DNA of 54,674 nt, counting the filler, from Sphacelaria rigidula (lineage: Eukaryota): assembly GCA_964200075.2 (NCBI GenBank). It is 4 parts of 4 records of this genome, joined end to end, with 100 filler letters (N's around TTAATTAATTAA, not from the genome) between each part and the next. Parts side by side here need not be neighbours in the genome. Positions count along the whole stretch, not along the records: positions 1 to 13,595 come from CAXNAA020002780.1; positions 13,696 to 27,289 come from CAXNAA020002781.1; 2 more parts are not named here. One strand, written 5' to 3'. The notes beneath the pieces were generated by a model. That model searched no databases, had not been told where the DNA came from, and was given only the letters and a program-made list of their open reading frames with translations. Of this stretch, positions 13,001-24,900 are shown one piece after another. The position numbers were made by a program, and so were the translations under genes. Position 1 is the stretch's first letter. Each line of letters opens with the position of its first letter.

Positions 13001-13056
13001 TTCGACTCTCCAAATCCCAACAGCCCGGCGCAATCGGAAGCCTACCAGCTTTTCGT
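10005..13056 (+). CDS. UBC9: SUMO-conjugating enzyme E2 (UBC9), internal exons only
   Basis: Four GT-AG exons with compatible phases: 10005-10082 [26 protein letters not shown]; 10947-11015 [23 protein letters not shown]; 11712-11782 [23 protein letters not shown](S); 12928-13056 [42 protein letters not shown]. The catalytic Cys in [15 protein letters not shown] is intact. First and last exons were not found. Confidence 0.95.
11112..11233. mobile_element. piggyBac-type MITE, degenerate copy in a UBC9 intron
   Basis: TTAA|ACCTTTGAGAACCC...AATCGGCATCATTTT...AAAATGATGCCGATT...TTTCAAAAGGG|TTGA; homologous to 45434-45551. Confidence 0.75.
12290..12368 (+). repeat. (TATG)n microsatellite
   Basis: Direct reading; explains the YVCM/HTYI repeat ORFs. 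Confidence 0.95.
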
Positions 13057-13373
13057 GTGAGTTGCTATCCTTTTTTACTTTTGTTGCATATTCTCCCTCT
13101 GCACCGGTTACTGCTTCCCTTGCTCTGTGTGGAAAGGATGTAGTATGTGTTTCTATACAGCCACTCTATGTAAAAGGGAATATCACCCTATTACAGATCA
13201 TCCACGTGTTTGTTTTCCCTTCCAAAAATACCCAAGTCTGGGTGATTTCACGTCGCTACCGGATAGATGGAGCTTTCGTGCGAAAGCGCAAGTGAAGGTA
13301 AACACGTGAGGAAATACTTGGTATATCTTGGTATGTCTTGATATGTCTTGATATTTATTTGCAGACGGCGCTG

Positions 13374-13595
13374 GTCGCCCCGGCGGCTCAGTTGGTAACC
13401 TCGTAACCTTCTGATGGTTGAGTTGGGGGGTTCGATTCCCGGAGCGATCTGGAATCTTTTCTCACACCATGCTCAATAGTGGAGAGCGACTATGTCGTGG
13501 GTACACAAAATTCGACTCAACGGTCGACGAGGGAAGGGGATTGCTGAACCCATCTCGCGATAGAATAAAAAGTCAAGCACCGCAGAAGGAAGGTG
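13374..13595 (+). mobile_element. tRNA-derived SINE family A, cut by the contig end
   Basis: A-box GGCTCAGTTGGT and B-box GGTTCGATTCC, followed by a body (GGAGAGCGACTATGTCG...CAAGCACCGCAGAAGGAAGGTG) shared with 53588-53950. Confidence 0.85.
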
Positions 13596-13695
13596 NNNNN
13601 NNNNNNNNNNNNNNNNNNNNNNNNNNNNNNNNNNNNNNNTTAATTAATTAANNNNNNNNNNNNNNNNNNNNNNNNNNNNNNNNNNNNNNNNNNNN
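13596..13695. other. Artificial contig linker
   Basis: N44-TTAATTAATTAA-N44, with stop codons in all six frames. Confidence 0.98.
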
Positions 13696-14368
13696 CAGTT
13701 TCCCGAATGAACCCAATGTAAGCGTATCACTGTAAAGTGCAGACCAACCTGGTAACAGACGGCACCGCCGCTGAATAAAAAACAAAATGGGGAAAATGTT
13801 GGGATTCGAACTCGTAACCTCCACAATTGGAGTCTCCCATCACTTGAACTACAGGGGTTCATCAGCGTCACGCAAAATGTTGTACGCACGGCCCAATTCG
13901 GCGACTCTTGAGCTGAAAATTCAAGAAGACCTTCTGCACCCAAGGAAATGATACATCACGTGAGCAGCTGCAGATTCTCATTTTTTTCCTGGACTTATGG
14001 CATCATCTTGTTTTCGGTAAAATTTCGAATTCCCGTAACTTCCTCATTTTTCTCTTTTTCTTTGCTGCTCACGGGATGTTCTGCATTCCGATCAGCAAAA
14101 GCTGCTGTTGAAATTTCCGCGTTCAACTCCTAATATTACGCCGTGCGTCGCCTGAGCGAGATTCACACCTACTCTTGGCTGGCCCAGCTCGTATGCACTC
14201 TCTCGTTTCCCCCCCTCACTCGCACTACTTTCGTTTTTCACCCACTTGAGTGTACTCCCCCCCCCCTCCTTCCCCCCTCCTGCTCGTTTCACGATGTGTC
14301 TACTCTCGCCTGGCTCCCGTGTTCCTTTTGTTTCATGGTTGGAACTACGGAATCCAACAAAATATTAG

Positions 14369-17300
14369 GTGGGTCGCCATTTTCCAGTTTGTGGCATGTC
14401 TGCCCTTGGCGGTTCCCGCGGCCCTGGCAGGCGATCCCCCGGTGTCGCCCTTGCACTTGCCGGAAAACTTGTGGGACGGGTGGCGGTGTTTCTTGGGGTA
14501 TGACTCCGTGACGCTGGGAGAGCACCCGGATCACTGCTGGCCCGGGGGCCCCCTGTACGTGTCGTTGTACCTGGTGGCGAACATCAACTTTAACATTTTG
14601 ATTATCATGGTGAGCTGTGATGTTCCGTTTACTGTAGATGAAATGCACCTGCGCTCCTGAGAGACTCGTAACCCCTCTACACCGCTTCAACAGGAAGTTT
14701 GGACGCTTCGGCGTGGATGAGGATGCGAGGCATAGCAGAGAAGCACTCAAAAGTGTTCCGAATTGAAACCGACGTCGCTGTACTCAGGCCGAAACGCCTC
14801 TGGCGAGGTCAGCATGTGGCTGAAATTATGGACACATACATGCAAGGCGGTTTCACAGACACATGTACAGGTATATTTCTACTTAAGATACGTCGGCGTG
14901 AAGTTAGAGGGGATAAGAAAAGGGGGATTTTAATCAAAACCCGTTGTCCTATAATATCCGGATGTATATCTACCCGGGCATTTCGTGTATCATATCCACA
15001 TGTAAGGGGACTACTTTACCCCCGTTCGTTGAAAGCGCGGACTCTCGGACATTAATGCACATGTTTCTCCCACGGTAGTTGACCTTTTGTTTCTCGCTGC
15101 CTGGCTGGGCTACATTATTTTTTTATCATTATTCTGTTATATTTTTGCTGCTCCTGACCACGGGCTGGATTGTTGCAATTAGTTAATGTGAGATAATCAA
15201 TCAATCAATCAATCAATCAATCAGTAGCTCTCGCTTCTCTTGTGGTCAGGGTAGACGTTTTTTTTGCCATAGACAACACTGAGTCGAGTCACGCCCTTCT
15301 CAGCCAAAAAGGGATCTACGCAAAACACAGGCACGGGCTCCGTCCGTGCGCCTGTGAAATAGGTCGAAATCAAATCGACCACGGTCCAGGCAGAGCACGG
15401 GAGTCGACTTGCACGAACGTTCGGGCGCGCCTACGGATAAAACAGTGCCCCGGGTAACAAGGGCTGCGCAGTAGGCCTCCCTTGCTCGGAGACTGGGGGG
15501 GTCGACCCAACGCCATCTACTCATTTTATCATAGACCTTCTTTTTCCCATGGTTAGATCGCTTTTTTGCCGAAGTAGGCCTTCTGGCGATCACCGTCCGC
15601 CCCACGAATTTCACCCTCCACGCCACCGCACGGCAGGATATTTCAGGACCTACAACATCTCCATAATCATCTTCCCGCAGCCTGGAGAAACCCCCCGCAC
15701 ACACACACCAGACCTCATCGGGATGTCTAGCTGGTTGCTACTTCATGGAACACTAACAATAAATGTCGACATTGATATCTCACATTTTGTTGTTCCGCAA
15801 CAGTTGCACAGACCCCAACGGACCCCAACGGGTCGAGCCGCCAAAGAGTATGGCGAAAGAATGCTGTAGGAGGCATGACTGCTCTGGACAAGAAGTTTCA
15901 CCTCTTTCCCAAGGAAATTCGCGAACAGTTCCGCACCGTTGCTACTTTCCTAGGAGTTTCGTATGTGAGGGCAGCTTTCTTGGGAGAACACGAGCGGTTG
16001 TTCGGCAACGATAACGTTCGTAGGCTAGCACAACGGTCCGAAAATTTTCGACACTTGATTGCTGATCTACGAGTACTATCGATGCTGAACAACCGTTTGT
16101 GTTCCCCCAAGAAAGCTGCCCTCACATACGATACTTTGGGAAATGCAGCAACGGTCAGGAACTTCTCGAGAAATCGCCTGGTGAAGGGGTGAAACTTCTT
16201 GTCCAGAGCAGTCATGCCCCCTACAGCATTCTTTCGCCATACTCTTTGGGGGCTCGACCCGTTGGGGTCCGTTGGGGTCTGTGCAACTGTTGCGGAACAA
16301 TAAAATGTGAGATTTCAATGTCGGCCTTTAGTGTTGCTGTTCCATGAAGTAGCGACCAGCTAGACATCCCGATGAGGTCTGGTGTGTGTGTGAGGGGGTT
16401 TTCTCCAGGTTGCGGAAAGATGCGGTGGAGATGTTGTAGGTCCTGTGATGTCCTGCCGTGCGTTGGCGTGGAGGGTGAATTTCGAGGAGCGGACAATGAT
16501 CGCCATAGGGCCTACTTCGGCAAAAAGGCGACCTAACCATGGAAAAAAGAGGGTATATTATAAAAAGAGTAGATGACGTTAGGTCGACCCACCCCACTCT
16601 CCGACTAAAGGAGGCCCGCTGCGCAGCCCTTGTTGCACGGGGCACTGTTTTATCCATAGGCGCGCCCGAACGTTCGTGAATGTCGATTCCCGTGCTCTGC
16701 CTAGGCCGTCGTCGACTTGCCTTCGCGTAAGGATTAAATTTTGATCGATCTCAGGGGCGCACGCACGGACAGAACCCGTACCTGTGTTTTGCCCATACCC
16801 CCTTTTTGGCCGGGAAGGGTGTGGGTCGACCCAATTTTGACCCATTTTTGTCCATGACCCTTTTTTTTCAAACTCCGGTTCGATGCATTTTACTGTGAGA
16901 CATATTTGATCTTTATTTTGTTTTTCTTATTTTATGGTCTACTTGCGTTGATTCGATTCGGTTGGTACGATGTTTTTGGTTTCTTGATTTTTTTTTTTCA
17001 TTTGTGACATTGTTGGTGCATGAAATGCTTTCATGTGTGACTGTCAGTGTTAACTTGCCTATTTTTGCTCATCTCTTATCCGTTTCTCCCCAGATACTCA
17101 AATACGGCAGCGCGAACATACTCTTCCTGGCGATGACCATCTGTGTGCCCCTGGTAAGATGGCAATGTTTATACACCAATACTTCATCATGTTCCATGTG
17201 TGTGTATTTTTCGCACCCCGGACAATATTAATATGGTCAATAGTATACACGTCGGACAGCTTATGAGTTAACTCAGTTACGTGATATGATTCATCCAGTG

Positions 17301-19578
17301 GGAAAAGGTACCGCTGGGTTATACCATATTTTCATTGTCCAGGGTGTGGTATTTTTCAAAACGCTCATGCTGACAGTCGAATGACGCAAGATCGCTCACG
17401 CTGGTTGGTTGGTGGGTTTCTAGCGGGTTTCTTTTCCGAGAACGCGCTTGTGCCCTTCGTCTTTCTTTTCGTAAGCGTTTCCGTTTTATTTAGCTTGGGT
17501 ACGTACGTCCATGTTCTCATAACGGCTGGATCGATCGAGGATCCGTTATTATGCGACAGTCCGTCAGGCAGTCGACACCATTCGGTTTAGGTTACTATTA
17601 CCGTTTCTTGTCTATTGCAACTATTGACCATACATTGTCCAAGGTGTGGAAAACACTGCCAAAGAATTTACGTTGGCGACGATGGTCGCAATAGGCCTAT
17701 ACTTCGTGCAGTACGTTTCTTGTCTACTGCAACTATTGACCATATGTTGTCCAAGGTGTGGTATTTTCCCAACACTTACGGTTAGCGTGTGCACTGACGA
17801 AACACTTTTCAACCTTTGGTGACACAACAGTCCGTCGGTGTATCCTGGCTTGTTCCCGTTCGTAATAGTATTAGCAGCTGTAGCTGTGTGGTTCAAGGAT
17901 GTTACTATATCCGTGTCGTATGTGATGTTGTGTCCGATCCACAACTCGCCTACGCTGGTTGAATCTTGTGTTTCGTTTTTTGTCGACAGGGACGCTTGTA
18001 TCGATTCTTGTGTTCTTGTCGCGGGAGTTGTCGAAGGATATTCGATAGTGTGTCGTTTGTTCGCGTTTTTTGCCGGAGCATTCGTTTTTCAAGGGTGCTT
18101 TTTATCATGATTGAAGTCATATGCTGTGATACTCTACTTTTTTTGTGTACGCAGCCACTAGCGTACTTTGAACAAAATCGCTACATTCAGCTTACTTCCT
18201 CCAGGATCAGGCACGCTTTGAGCACCGACATACAGTCAACGACTCTGGCAAACACGACCCTAACCTTATTCCATCGAAATTCAAACCTCACGGCATACAT
18301 TTCCGTGTGGGGCATGTGTCAACCAGACACAAAATGAGGGCTCACCGCATAACCGTGTCGAAATCGACGGACATTCTTTCGGGAAATCTGCTCTGTTTTT
18401 ATTTAAGTTGTCTCCTTTCTTTCGTCTCCCCTCCCGCCCTTCCTCGCCTACAGTTGTTGCTTTGTACTCCGAGTACTTGTGTGCTTATTTCGTCATCTAA
18501 TTATAGTACCTCTCATTCAAAGTAGCTTGGGTTGTTCGTTTTTTTTTCTCTCGCAGCGACTACTCTTCGATGTAACCCCAAAGTGCTAGCGTCTGTAGGT
18601 TTTGGTGAAATAAACAGATCGTTCTCAAAACACAGCGCCTAAGTTAGTGTTCGTTGGTGTTATCAGGCGATACGAGTAGATACCCCGTTTATCGGGACGG
18701 TGCTATTGACAGCAAAACACACTTTTTCAGCTCTAGTGTATGAGTAGGTAAAAATTGAAAGAAACATGCCTTTCTGTTTCTTTGCAAATACGATCGGGAC
18801 ATGCTCAACCGACCGGAAATATCGACGAGTCAGAATCTGGGGCTGAAAAGTAGCAGGACCCCCGATGACCGGTCAACCCGTGAGTCACTCAATATTGAAT
18901 AATATATATATATATTTCGTGGAATGTGGAGCGGGTTTTAGTATCTTCAGATCCCCAATGTAATAAGTGGTGGCAAGCGAAAGCACTTGAGAAAATCGCT
19001 AATTACGAAGAAATTACCAACACCCTACTTTGAATGTGAGGTACTGGATCATTCCCCGCGTGTTGCCCCTTATTGTCCCCTCTATATTTTCTCACTGGGT
19101 GTATTTGCATGTGTCTTCTTTGCTTGTTGCGTACACATCCCTACTTCCCCCCCCACCCCCCCACGCTCTGCAGGGCAACGTCACCTTCGCGCTCCCCTTC
19201 GTGCCTGGGCACCAACCCCTGCACGTGACGGACATCCTCGGGCTCGTGTTCGTGCTTGTGGGACTCGTCACGTACCGCTTCGGGCCCGAACTCGCGCCCA
19301 TCTTAGCGAAAATCGGCGCTGGCGGGGGGAGAGCGGCCAAGGCTGCTTCATCTTTAAGATCCAGGGCGTCAGGGGGATCCAGTATCAACGGTTCATCTTC
19401 TTATGCACTGGGTGAGCACCGCAAGCCGCTGCTTGATCTGGAGGACGAACGGGACGACGGGGTGGGGGGCGAGGATGGAATTGAGGGGGGGTATGGGGGG
19501 CAAAGGTTACGGAAGGGGGACAAGGGAAGAGGGAAGGATAAGCCTTCCAAGGAGGTCGAAACCGAGTGGGAGATGTGA
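14369..19578 (+). CDS. CRT-like (chloroquine-resistance-transporter-like, DMT superfamily) membrane transporter, last three exons
   Basis: Exons 14369-14609 (WVAIFQFVACLPLAVPAA...PENLWDGWRCFLG...DHC...YLVANINFNILIIM), 17094-17153 (ILKYGSANILFLAMTICVPL) and 19174-19578 (GNVTFALPFVPGHQPLHVTDILGLVFVLVGLVTYRF...stop). GT-AG junctions, phase 0 between these exons. The GxxCFxG...C loop and N..FN...LK.GSA motifs are typical of the CRT/CLT family. The 5' part lies outside the contig. Confidence 0.88.
15156..15222 (+). repeat. LINE-type 3' end with (AATC)n tail
   Basis: GACCACGG...TTAATGTGAGAT followed by (AATC)7. Related ends at ~24267-24323, ~30238-30294 (-), 33781-33832 and ~34471-34533 (-). Confidence 0.7.
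15266..16860. repeat. ~1.6-kb imperfect palindrome (foldback element) in the CRT-like intron
   Basis: The arms are reverse complements about a centre CGAAAA|TTTTCG at 16044/16045. Mirror ORFs 15875..16192(+)/15898..16215(-) and 15763..16014(+)/16076..16318(-). Confidence 0.95.
17208..17790. repeat. Cluster of related subrepeats (direct and inverted)
   Basis: TGCAACTATTGACCATA..TTGTCCAAGGTGTGG at ~17609-17650 and ~17720-17761, a partial copy at ~17322-17350, an inverted copy at ~17213-17242, and a dispersed copy at ~10751-10775. Confidence 0.65.
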
Positions 19579-20639
19579 TTGATTTGGCGGAGAAAATGTG
19601 ATCGTTTTTTTGTTGTGAGGGGTGAGCTCGCTGTTCTTGTTTTGGGTAGTATGGCGGTCACGAGTCACAGTAATGTTGGTTGTGGTTGTTGTTGTGGTGA
19701 TCAAAACATAGGTTGGTGAGATGCGTGCAGGAATGTGCGCGTGTGTGTGCTTTTTTTTTTTCTTTTGTTGTGACGAATGACGCGATGTACATAGAGTAGT
19801 ATCAAGTTTGTGTGGTTGTGTTGGGATATGTCTGTCGCATGGTGGTATGAGGGCGCCCGATGCGATTCGAAAATGATGCGATTGGGCGGACACTGATGTG
19901 TCTCTTATTTGCGAGTGTACACAGTATGGTGGATACCGTCAGCAGTCGGAAGGTGTAAAGATAAAACTCCCTTTTGTAGCACAGCTTTTTGGCAGTTTCG
20001 GTGTTCATCATGCTTGCAGGAGCCTTGTTGCTCGACCTTTTTGCTTGGGATAGGGATAGTGTACACCTAGCGAAAGAGATCAAGACACGGCGAAGAAACG
20101 AGGGGTGCCCGAAGTGCTTGGTTGACTGTAGTGCTGCACGTCTCGAACATAGCGTCGGGGATGACAAGAAGTCAAATTTCGGCATCTCGCACATGTTTTT
20201 TACCATGGTATAAGATCGTTATGTACAGTGAGCTCGCAGTGTATGGACCTCCGCCGCGGGATGGTGAGTACAGTAACCGGTGACCAACGCCGTTGGCGGA
20301 CTGAGATGACAAAGAAAAAGGAAGCGATAGGCCAATCACTCCTCGAATGAACGGCGCTGCTGCGTGGGCATGGACGTTGGTGCCTTCGATACCGTTTAAA
20401 ACAGGCATCAGGTATATGGACACGTGGAAACATGGACACATTACCAACACAGTTATCAGCGGGCGGCTTCCATGCAAGAATATCGCGCGAAAAGATTGGC
20501 GGTGGGGGTGCGGTACGTGCAGGATCTGAAAGAAAGTGGGCTACTGTGATGCCGAGCAATGACGGTTACTGAAAGTGATGGCTTCAACCCATCGGCTGTA
20601 GTCCCTCTGTTCACCACGATTTGGCTACACACGCAGACT

Positions 20640-21490
20640 CCAATGAAATGCTTCAGGGTATGCGGGGTATTTAGTGCTACAGATACTGAGCGCTGAGTGC
20701 TGTCCAGGTTACGTGGGGTCCCGACTGCCGATGGTATTGAGTACTTTCCAGGTTACCTCGGGTACCCGCCCCCTGAAATAAGCGTATTGCGGTGTCCAGA
20801 ATACTGGGAATAACAACTGAGGTGGTGGGGTACCCACGGCATCGACTGCCAAAAATACTCAGACTTCAAGGGTACGCAAAGTGTATCGACTGTCGGGAAT
20901 ACTGAGCATTCTCGGTAGGAGGTACCACCATGGTTGTCCCAAGTACTCTGTATACTTATAATTGGTATTTTGGCGACAAGACCAGGTGTTAAGGTGGGCA
21001 TTATGTAGTGCTTTCGGCAGTCGATGTCCTGCGTACGGTGGATCACTGGGTATTTTTGGTAAGGATGTACCACCCTGGGTATCCCAAGTACTTCGTACTT
21101 ATACTCAGTATTTTGATGACAAGACCAGGCATTTCGGTGGGCGATATGTAGAGCTTCTGGCAGTCGGTACCCTCCGTATATACCCTGAAGCACTGGGTAC
21201 CCTAGAAACCCGAGAATCTAGGCTGTTCCAAGGTATGACGCTGCTCTAAGCTGGTTGGTAGTGTTACATATAATTATAGATATCCACCACAACAGGCGGC
21301 TGTCTGGTAATGGGTATGTACTGGAAAAATACACGGTATTTTCGGTTATCGATGCCCTGGGTGCTCTGCAATAACATGCGAGCATTTTCTGCTGTGAACC
21401 CCATAAATGCGCCCTTGAACCTAAGACTTCCAGGGTACGCAGTATTATGGTACCGACGGCTGCCGAAAGTACTTCTGTACTGGGAACCTC
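20640..21490. repeat. Degenerate GTAC-rich subrepeat array with inverted halves
   Basis: Recurrent GGGTAC/GTACCC and CGACTGCC units in the left part, and GGCAGTCG units in the right part. Similar tracts at ~11930-12240 and ~39640-39900. Confidence 0.55.
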
Positions 21491-21943
21491 ATGCGCAATG
21501 CCTTCACAATACCCGCCCTTTCCGCATCACAGGTCCCAATATATCTACATGCCACGAGGTGCTTGACTCACTGATGTGTCGTGTTGGTTGTACCGGACGT
21601 TTTGAGTTGGGGGGTGCACAACATGAAGGAAACACAAAACATTGCTAGAGTGCGGATGACAAGGTCCCCATCATCACCTGGCTACGAGTGCAGCCACGTA
21701 GCACAGCGGGTAAGAGAAGACGGTAAAATTGCCCAAGATATATAAACGCCTCCACGCATTGAAAAAGTGTAACGGTTTTGCGGCATGATCTCTCTTAGCG
21801 AGCCTTGACCCTCCGCACGAGGATGAATGTGCACGACCAACGTTTACTTCCTCCTTGCTTCGGTCACTCAAACAACAGCAACACGCACAACCAACTCCAA
21901 ACTTCCACCCACTTCGTACACCTTCAATTCTCTTTCGTTGACC

Positions 21944-24900
21944 ATGGCTTTCTTCGCTACCGTCCGTTCCAACAAGAACGCCGTGGCCGGCGGTGCTGCT
22001 GCGGTTATAGCTGCGGGGACTGCCGCGGTGAGCGGGACTTGGCTACCTACGAAGTAGTCCCAGACTGGAGTTATCTTGTCGACATATGTTGGTATGCATA
22101 CGCGGAACTCGTCGAAAGAGAAAGGACGTTTACGTGCAATTCGATAAGAATATCCCATACATGAGCTGCTTGTTGCAATCGACGATTGCGCCGCGCTCGC
22201 GCCGCCTAAAATCAGGGCTCAGCCAAGCAGTCTGCGGTTGCCCTCTCGTGCGTGCGCCTCCCTTGTGCGTATCTTTTACCCTTGTTATTTCGTGCCGTGC
22301 CCCACGTACAAACACCAACCTTGCAGGCATGGGTTTTGACGCGATATCAACGCCCTCAAACTGTGAAAAATAAGCAGTACAGACAACGCAGTTAACATGT
22401 GTCTTCAACACTTCTCCTTTGGCCAAAACCTCTTCAGCAGTTTTCCTTTCGCCGAAAGCACTCTTTTTCTCGTTGAGCACTGAAAAAGTTTTGTGGCTGT
22501 GAACATCATTGCTAACCCTTGGTTTTTGTCCTCCTCCTAGTACGAACGCGAAAAAAACGCGGTGGTTTCTCCGGCTATGGGCGTGATAGTGTCTTCAACT
22601 GCTTTATCGAGTATGTGTCGCTGCTTCGTGGCGGAAAAGCTTGACTAATTGTAGGGAATCCACCAGACAGATTTCCGTTTCAAGCACTCGACCGACAATT
22701 CACACCGTCGTGTTTGTGTGGAGACACAAGTGCCGCTCTTCGGAAGTTCGACCCTGAGCGTCAAAGTTAGTGGCCGTCCTCCCCTCCCTCTTCACTGTGT
22801 ATACTCATACGCCCTCACACATCCTGTTTGAAGCACTCGATCCGCCCGATACGAATGAAAGTCGGCAGCGATCGGGTTGGCACTCGCGAAATGCTGGACT
22901 GTTGAAGCTGGCAGTCAACATTTGAGCGCTTGCATCGATTTGCAAATTGCACTTGGGGTAATAGCATCCAGCACGTGTTCATGTCAAACAATCTCGCCGC
23001 ATCCACTTGCCAATGCGCTAGCTACTCATATCGTGAAGCCCCTATCTCCGCCGTATACACATTCGACACCTAATATACTAAGGACCTGGGGTACACAACA
23101 CCGTACTCTACTGAAGCCAACACGCGATCCCACCGTAGCACACACAACGCCTGACAATAGCGCATGGCACATCTTATACCCTGATGTTCCTGCACAGATC
23201 ACGCCTGCCTATGGTGGTCACACCCACAGTGCCGAATGTGCCGACTGTACTCACACACCGTACCGTAACTTGAACGCTCTACAGGCAGCGCTGGCACCGA
23301 AAGCCGAAACCAAGGATAATACCAAGGGAGTGCTCGAGACCATCCTCGCCTCGGTGAAGAACATCGAATCCGACCTCATGATCCCTAAACCGGGGTCGGC
23401 ATCTTCCTCCGACTTTATCGACCCCGTGGCCAACTTCCCCATCCTGACACCCAAGCACAAGTCTCTCGCCGCCGGTGTTTTGCAGAACCGTCCGGACCTG
23501 TACACTAAGTACTGTAACGCCAAGACTGCCAGCGGTTTTTCATTCGACGACGTGATCCAGGTGAGTGGTTGAACGGTACGGGTGCGCGCTCGCGGGGGGG
23601 TAGGGAGGGGGGAGGGTACTCTCGTTCTTAGTGCTACACGTATTGCTTGTTTCCCGCATGACAGGAGCAGGAGTTGTGCGGTCCCTGATTCCTTTTGTTC
23701 GTTGCCCCTTTCTTGATGGAGACGCTGTTGGTATAGACCTAGACCTCCGCGATCAAACAGCACCGACTATCTGGCGACTCACGATTACAATGCGATAGTC
23801 AATCGATCAACCAATCAATCACACCTCACCACCGGATAAGTATAGACCACCGGCATATTCAGATCTCGGCAAAACTGACACTAATACGGCACCGGCTGCA
23901 TGAGTCTAGGCTTAACTGACAGGGACAGCAATTCAGTTACTCGTGTAGCACTAACCACACAAGTCTAGGCCAGAGGTGAGTTCGCAGTCCCAGCTGGAAC
24001 TAGGAGCAAAGCACAGAAGTATGTTTGGAGGTTGTGTGTATAAAATTACTGGTAACATTGGTCGCAGAGGACTACGGTAGCACATACCAATACTAGAGTG
24101 ACACATTGTTATTTCTTTTCCCTTCGTTTCGGTTATTTTCCTGTTTTTTCATTTGCTTTGACTTCTCAGTTTACTCCTTTTGTTGCTTTTATCTTGTTGT
24201 TTTTCGCCTACCTATCCTTCTTCATCGGCCGATTATTTTCGTTTACCCTAGACACGTCTACGTGGTGATCACGCCTGAGAGGCTCGGGGATCACTTAATG
24301 TACGACAACCAATCAACCAATCATGATTTGAATCGATCAAATCAAATAATATCTACCTATCAACGGTAGAGTCAGGTAGACGCCGCCTTGTTGTACGGAA
24401 GGAAGGAGAAATGGGGAAGACGAGTAGGCTCAAGTGGACGGATAGACAAGAGGACGAATAGACGAGAAGGCAGACTATGATGGGGGCAGAGTTCGCACGC
24501 ATTACCATACACTAAACTATCACGACCATTGTTCAATTCGTTATCGGCTCTTCCTTCCAGATACCAATATATCCGGTACATACGTTCAGAACAACTAAAT
24601 CTGAGGCCTCTTACCAACTTAGAATCAATCACAATTAACAGACACTACCACACATACGGGACCATGTATATATGCATATACTGCTTTACCCTAAACGCAA
24701 GAAAATGGAACATATCCGGTCTTCTAACAATGCTGCTTGTGGGTTAATATTATCCAAGGGGGTATGCAGTTCAAATTGCTTGCAGACAAGCATTGTGACA
24801 AAAATCTACAGTTCCCCCTGAACCCACCCCATCATACCGTCGACCTCATTCTTCACCCACGGTGTTGTGCAACCTCGCGCAGTAGTGCCGTCTTAGTCAA

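Noticed and set aside
13374..13450. Possible tRNA genes here, at 53588-53660 and at 39300-39373
   Set aside because: The cloverleaf is imperfect and each runs into a repeated SINE body.
13640..13651. TTAATTAATTAA as a regulatory or piggyBac site
   Set aside because: It is an identical synthetic six-frame stop linker inside N runs, seen three times.
15763..16318. Pairs of similar ORFs on opposite strands (MTALDKKFH..., SHILLFRNSC...)
   Set aside because: They are a by-product of the palindrome. They have no recognisable domain and lie in an intron.
17208..17790. CRISPR-like repeat-spacer array
   Set aside because: There are few, diverged, irregularly spaced units in a eukaryotic intron, and no cas genes.
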